A stretch of 64,000 nucleotides of DNA from Azolla caroliniana (taxonomy: Eukaryota > Plantae > Polypodiophyta). The position numbers and the translations under genes were made by a program. The stretch is from contig JBHGNT010000017.1 in assembly GCA_043228905.1 (NCBI GenBank), positions 18,166,001 through 18,230,000 on the forward strand, given 5' to 3'. Under the pieces are notes generated by a model. That model did no database searches. It had not been told where the DNA came from and was given only the letters and a program-made list of their open reading frames with translations. Each line of letters opens with the position of its first letter. Positions within the stretch are counted from its first letter, which is position 1. This document shows positions 60,461 through 64,000 of this stretch, one piece after another.

Positions 60461-62458
60461 ATGAGGCTCCTCACATGGAATGTACAGGGCTTGGGAGGTC
60501 CCTTGTATCGAAGATATAGAGGTAGGTTAAGGCAAGCATTACAAAAGTGTCTCACGAATGGGTCATTGGATATTATGATGTTTCAAGAACATCATTTGAA
60601 TGAGCAAAGAATAATGAACTATGGCACTATATTACCTGGTAGTTGGGAGATGTTTTGGTCCCCGGCTATTGGCACTAGTGGTACACAAGGCGGGGTGTGT
60701 ATGGCAATAGCACATAATTGGAAATCAAGTATTATATGCAAAGAGATCATTGTGCTAGGAAGAGCACAATATATTGTATTACAAGATTTGCATACAACTT
60801 GGGGTTACTTGAATATCTACGCGCCAAATCATGCATCGGCTAGGAAACACTTTTTGTGTGAAATTACAAATGCATTATCGAATGTGTCTCATTGGTGTGT
60901 TGCAGGGGATTTTAATATGCTTGAGGACCTGGAGGATAGGAAAGGAGGAAGTGTTTCAACAATTCATGGGGAGGAATTAGCAGTCTGGGAACGGATGTGT
61001 TTGAAATTGAGTATTTTGGATGCATGGCATATGCCTAATGTTTATAGATCTCAAGATTCCTTGAGTTTCTCACGTTCTGATAGAAGAATTGTTGGAACCA
61101 ATCTTTCAAGATTGGATAGATTTTATGTGGGGGAGACCTTTGTCTTAAATGGGGGAAATATCACTATTATGCCAGGCACAACTTTCTCTGATCATGCTCC
61201 TGTTATATTGAGAACCTTTGGGCAATCGAAAAGGGAGTCCATACGATTTAGGATACCCGAAAAAGTAATGTTACATGATAGATGGTATAATCAAGTGACA
61301 GATATTTGGCGGAACAAAGATAATATGGATGTTCCCATTACAATCAAAGTGGCTTGTGCTTTGACGGAGATATCACAATATTTTGCGTTAAAATCAAGAT
61401 ATGAATATATGGAATATCAAGAGAAGGAAAGAAGGATAAGGGCAAGATTGATATCTTTGCAAAGATTGCAACAGGGTCGGCCAGAGTGTGCATGGATAGC
61501 TTCACATCTTGAAGAAGCTCGAAAACAAGTTCAACATATGGAAGAATGTCGTAGTCAATTTCGGTATCACAATTCTGCTTCAAGATGGACGCAAATTGGG
61601 GATAAATGTACAAAACAATTTTTTAATATTAAAGGCCCCAAGAGAGTCTCTAATGTAACCTGTTGTTTGTGGAATGAAAATGGCGAACTTGAAATGGATC
61701 CAAATGTTGTACGGGAAATTGCCACGAAATTCTATGCTACCCTTTTGTCAGAAGAGCCTATCTCTGAGGAGATCAACCAAAATAGAATGAAGGTCTGGGC
61801 AGAAATTCAACCCAAGGTTACTCAAGCAATGCAAGATTCATTGATGTCACCTATTACAGAATTGGAGTTGGAACAAGCGCTACACTCTTTATCGGACAAT
61901 AGTTGTCCTGGAGTGGATGGACTTACACCTAAATTCTACAAGAAATATTGGGGGATACTGAAGAAAGATTTAAAAGATGCTTACCAACATATGTTTGAAA
62001 GTGGAGAGATGCCCATGTTGTTATCTGAGGGGCTTATTTATCTTATACCTAAAACAGAAGGGGTTTCAGAAGATATTCGTAAGTGGAGGCCAATCACCCT
62101 CTTGAATACTAGTTATAAACTATTTGCTAAATTGCTTAGTTCTCGATTACAAGAGGTATTACCAAAGATAATTCATGTATTGCAAACTAGTTTTATGAGG
62201 GAAAGGAGTATTATGGATAATGTTTTTACATTTTGGGAGGCTACTGCAATAGTGATAAAAAACAAACAAAACCTAGCTGTGTTGCTTTTAGATTTTGAGA
62301 AAGCGTATGATAGGGTTGACTGGAATTTTCAGGAAGGTACTATGCATCACTTGGGCTTCAACACGACATGGATTAAGGGTGTTTCTTGTCTTTATAGAAA
62401 TGCACATAGTCAGGTGTTGTTGGCAGGTGGAGTAGGACCTCGGTTTAACATTACTTGA
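60461..62458 (+). pseudogene. LINE ORF2 (endonuclease and RT N-part); premature TGA at 62456-62458, RT resumes at 63619-63715
   Basis: ORF-track protein 60455-62458. The frame continues SVCQGCPLAPFLF...IGLR and then GLAMP...EFADDTALY after the insertion. Confidence 0.9.
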
Positions 62459-62554
62459 TCCGTCTGCCAAGGATGTCCACTCGCACCATTTTTGTTCCTT
62501 TTGTTTGCGGAAGCAATACATGTATTTATATCATCGCAATCTATAGGCTTGCGT

Positions 62555-63614
62555 TGTCGTGAAGATCCGTCACTACGCGTGGATCGTGAGGCGGAACCGC
62601 CGGGGTTTTGGACCGGAAGGATTCAAAGTCGATACAAGCTTTGGCGAGAAAGTACTTAAGATAGATTGGGAAAGAGAGAAGTTGAGATTAAACGATTGAG
62701 AAAGATTGATTGAAGTTTTATCTTTGGTTTTAAGAAACAAGTTACACCATCAATTTGATAATGAATTTCTTCTTCTTAATTTCATAATAATAAAAAAACC
62801 GTGTTTTTTTTCTCCTCCCCCTTCCTTCTTTTATAGATGCTCTCATGCATATGATGCATGTGAGGGTACAAGACATACATAAATTGCATGTTTGCCATTT
62901 GGCGCTTACGTATTACATGTGGTGCATGATAACCATGTCACTCATTTTAGCTCTCATGTATGAGAATTTACGCGTAAAAGTACAATGATAGAAATATAAT
63001 TTTAACTAAATAGCATGGCTTAATGGTAAGCCAATTGATTCCTAACTTGGAGGTGCACGGTTTGAATCCTTCCTTGCCCTCCTTGTATATGTATATATGT
63101 ATATATATTTATAGATTTATTTATCTAGTCGCCGGACGCCGGTTCTTCGGATGCCGTCGGTTACCGGTGTCTCACTGGCGCCGGATTGCCGTCGGATGCC
63201 GCCGGATCACCGACTCCATCGCTGGTCCGGTTTTGGTTGGCCAAAACCCTTTACGAGTAGCTAGCCCACCTCCACTCTTAGTTCAAGTTACCTTGAACTC
63301 TCTATGCTCCACACATAGACACAAAGATAATATCTTTTGCTCCACCTTATATATTATGAGAGCCATATTTGTCGTGCCTATGTGGGATATCTCACAATTT
63401 TCTCTTTTCCTTTCACAAACTTTATACCCTCATATCTTGACATTTAGTTGTCCGTTTCTCGTGTAATAAAGTGCATTCGAAATCTCCATCATTTTATACT
63501 TAGATATTAAATTTATTTAAAATGTTATCTTCACAATTATTGTACTATGTGATTCATACTCGATTTCGTACGTTTTATGGGATTTTCACACTATTGCCGA
63601 AAATCTTCACGACA
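62555..63614. mobile_element. Solo-LTR-like insertion (1060 bp) within the LINE RT
   Basis: Perfect 12-bp terminal inverted repeat TGTCGTGAAGAT / ATCTTCACGACA with TG..CA ends. 4-bp TSD GCGT/GCAT. Removal restores the RT frame. Confidence 0.8.
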
Positions 63615-63717
63615 GCATGGTTTGGCAATGCCAATGCATGGACAAGATATATTGGACTCGGAATTTGCAGATGATACTGCATTATATGTGGATGGGACTC
63701 TAACGAAGTTGCATTAT

Positions 63718-63914
63718 ATACTTTTGTTTTTAGACAAGGAAGAAAAGAGTAATGAAAATGGAGTTACATATTCAGAGCCACAACATGAAGAAGAATTTAT
63801 CTCACTTCCAGGTACATGTTGGTAGCCCTCTCATATAATTGTTATTTTGACGATATTACTTCATGTGACAAAAATGTACAAGTGTATTAATACATAGGGC
63901 ATGATGAAGAGCCC
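63718..63914 (+). repeat. About 200-bp copy of 53761-53957 (exon-intron-exon piece of the RING remnant)
   Basis: atacttttgtttttagacaaggaagaaaagagtaatgaaaat...aatacatagggcatgatgaagagccc is present at both sites with scattered substitutions. Confidence 0.9.
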
Positions 63915-64000
63915 AAGAAGAGCCCCAACTTGAAACTGGGACCATCCCAAGAAACAATGACAATGTAACAGTAGGTAAACATTTGTCCCTTAACCTTAAA

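Larger units (their letters stand above)
58825..63715 (+). mobile_element. L1-like LINE retrotransposon, degenerate, 3'-truncated and interrupted by a 1060-bp insertion
   Basis: ORF1 has a DUF4283-like region (VQFMGRGFYHV, W..GFNP) and zinc knuckles CFYCRQMGHLAKNC and CEYCKQEGHEADKC. ORF2 has an APE endonuclease (LLTWNVQGL, FQEHH, NIYAPN, GDFN, SRLDRF, SDHAP) and RT (PGVDG, WRPITLLN, LDFEKAYDRV, QGCPLAP, EFADDT). Confidence 0.93.

Overview
Eukaryotic nuclear DNA from a land plant with flagellated sperm, most likely a fern. This is inferred from a CFAP70 axonemal gene sitting among land-plant genes and from long CATA/TGTA microsatellites. Host genes: the last exon of a TBL/PC-esterase (+); an 8-exon CFAP70/TTC18-like gene (-) with a GC-AG intron; an intronless DNA ligase IV (-); a 9-exon glutamate receptor-like (GLR) channel (+) with a His/Asn-rich insertion in its extracellular domain and repeats or a MITE in its promoter and introns 2-5; and a 7-exon chloroplast FMN hydrolase FHY1-like HAD gene (-). 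Mobile DNA: a chromodomain Gypsy element (18022-30644) with TG..AA ends, a Copia element nested in its integrase (19032-24905) with a duplicated PPT and a C-terminal pol extension, a hAT-type MITE, and a LINE with an extra ORF1 domain, a TAATG stop-start junction and a 1060-bp solo-LTR-like insertion. Also present: a coiled-coil+RING pseudogene, a TIC20-II pseudogene and a short group II intron domain V fragment. All calls are by eye and by recalled family motifs; no searches were run.
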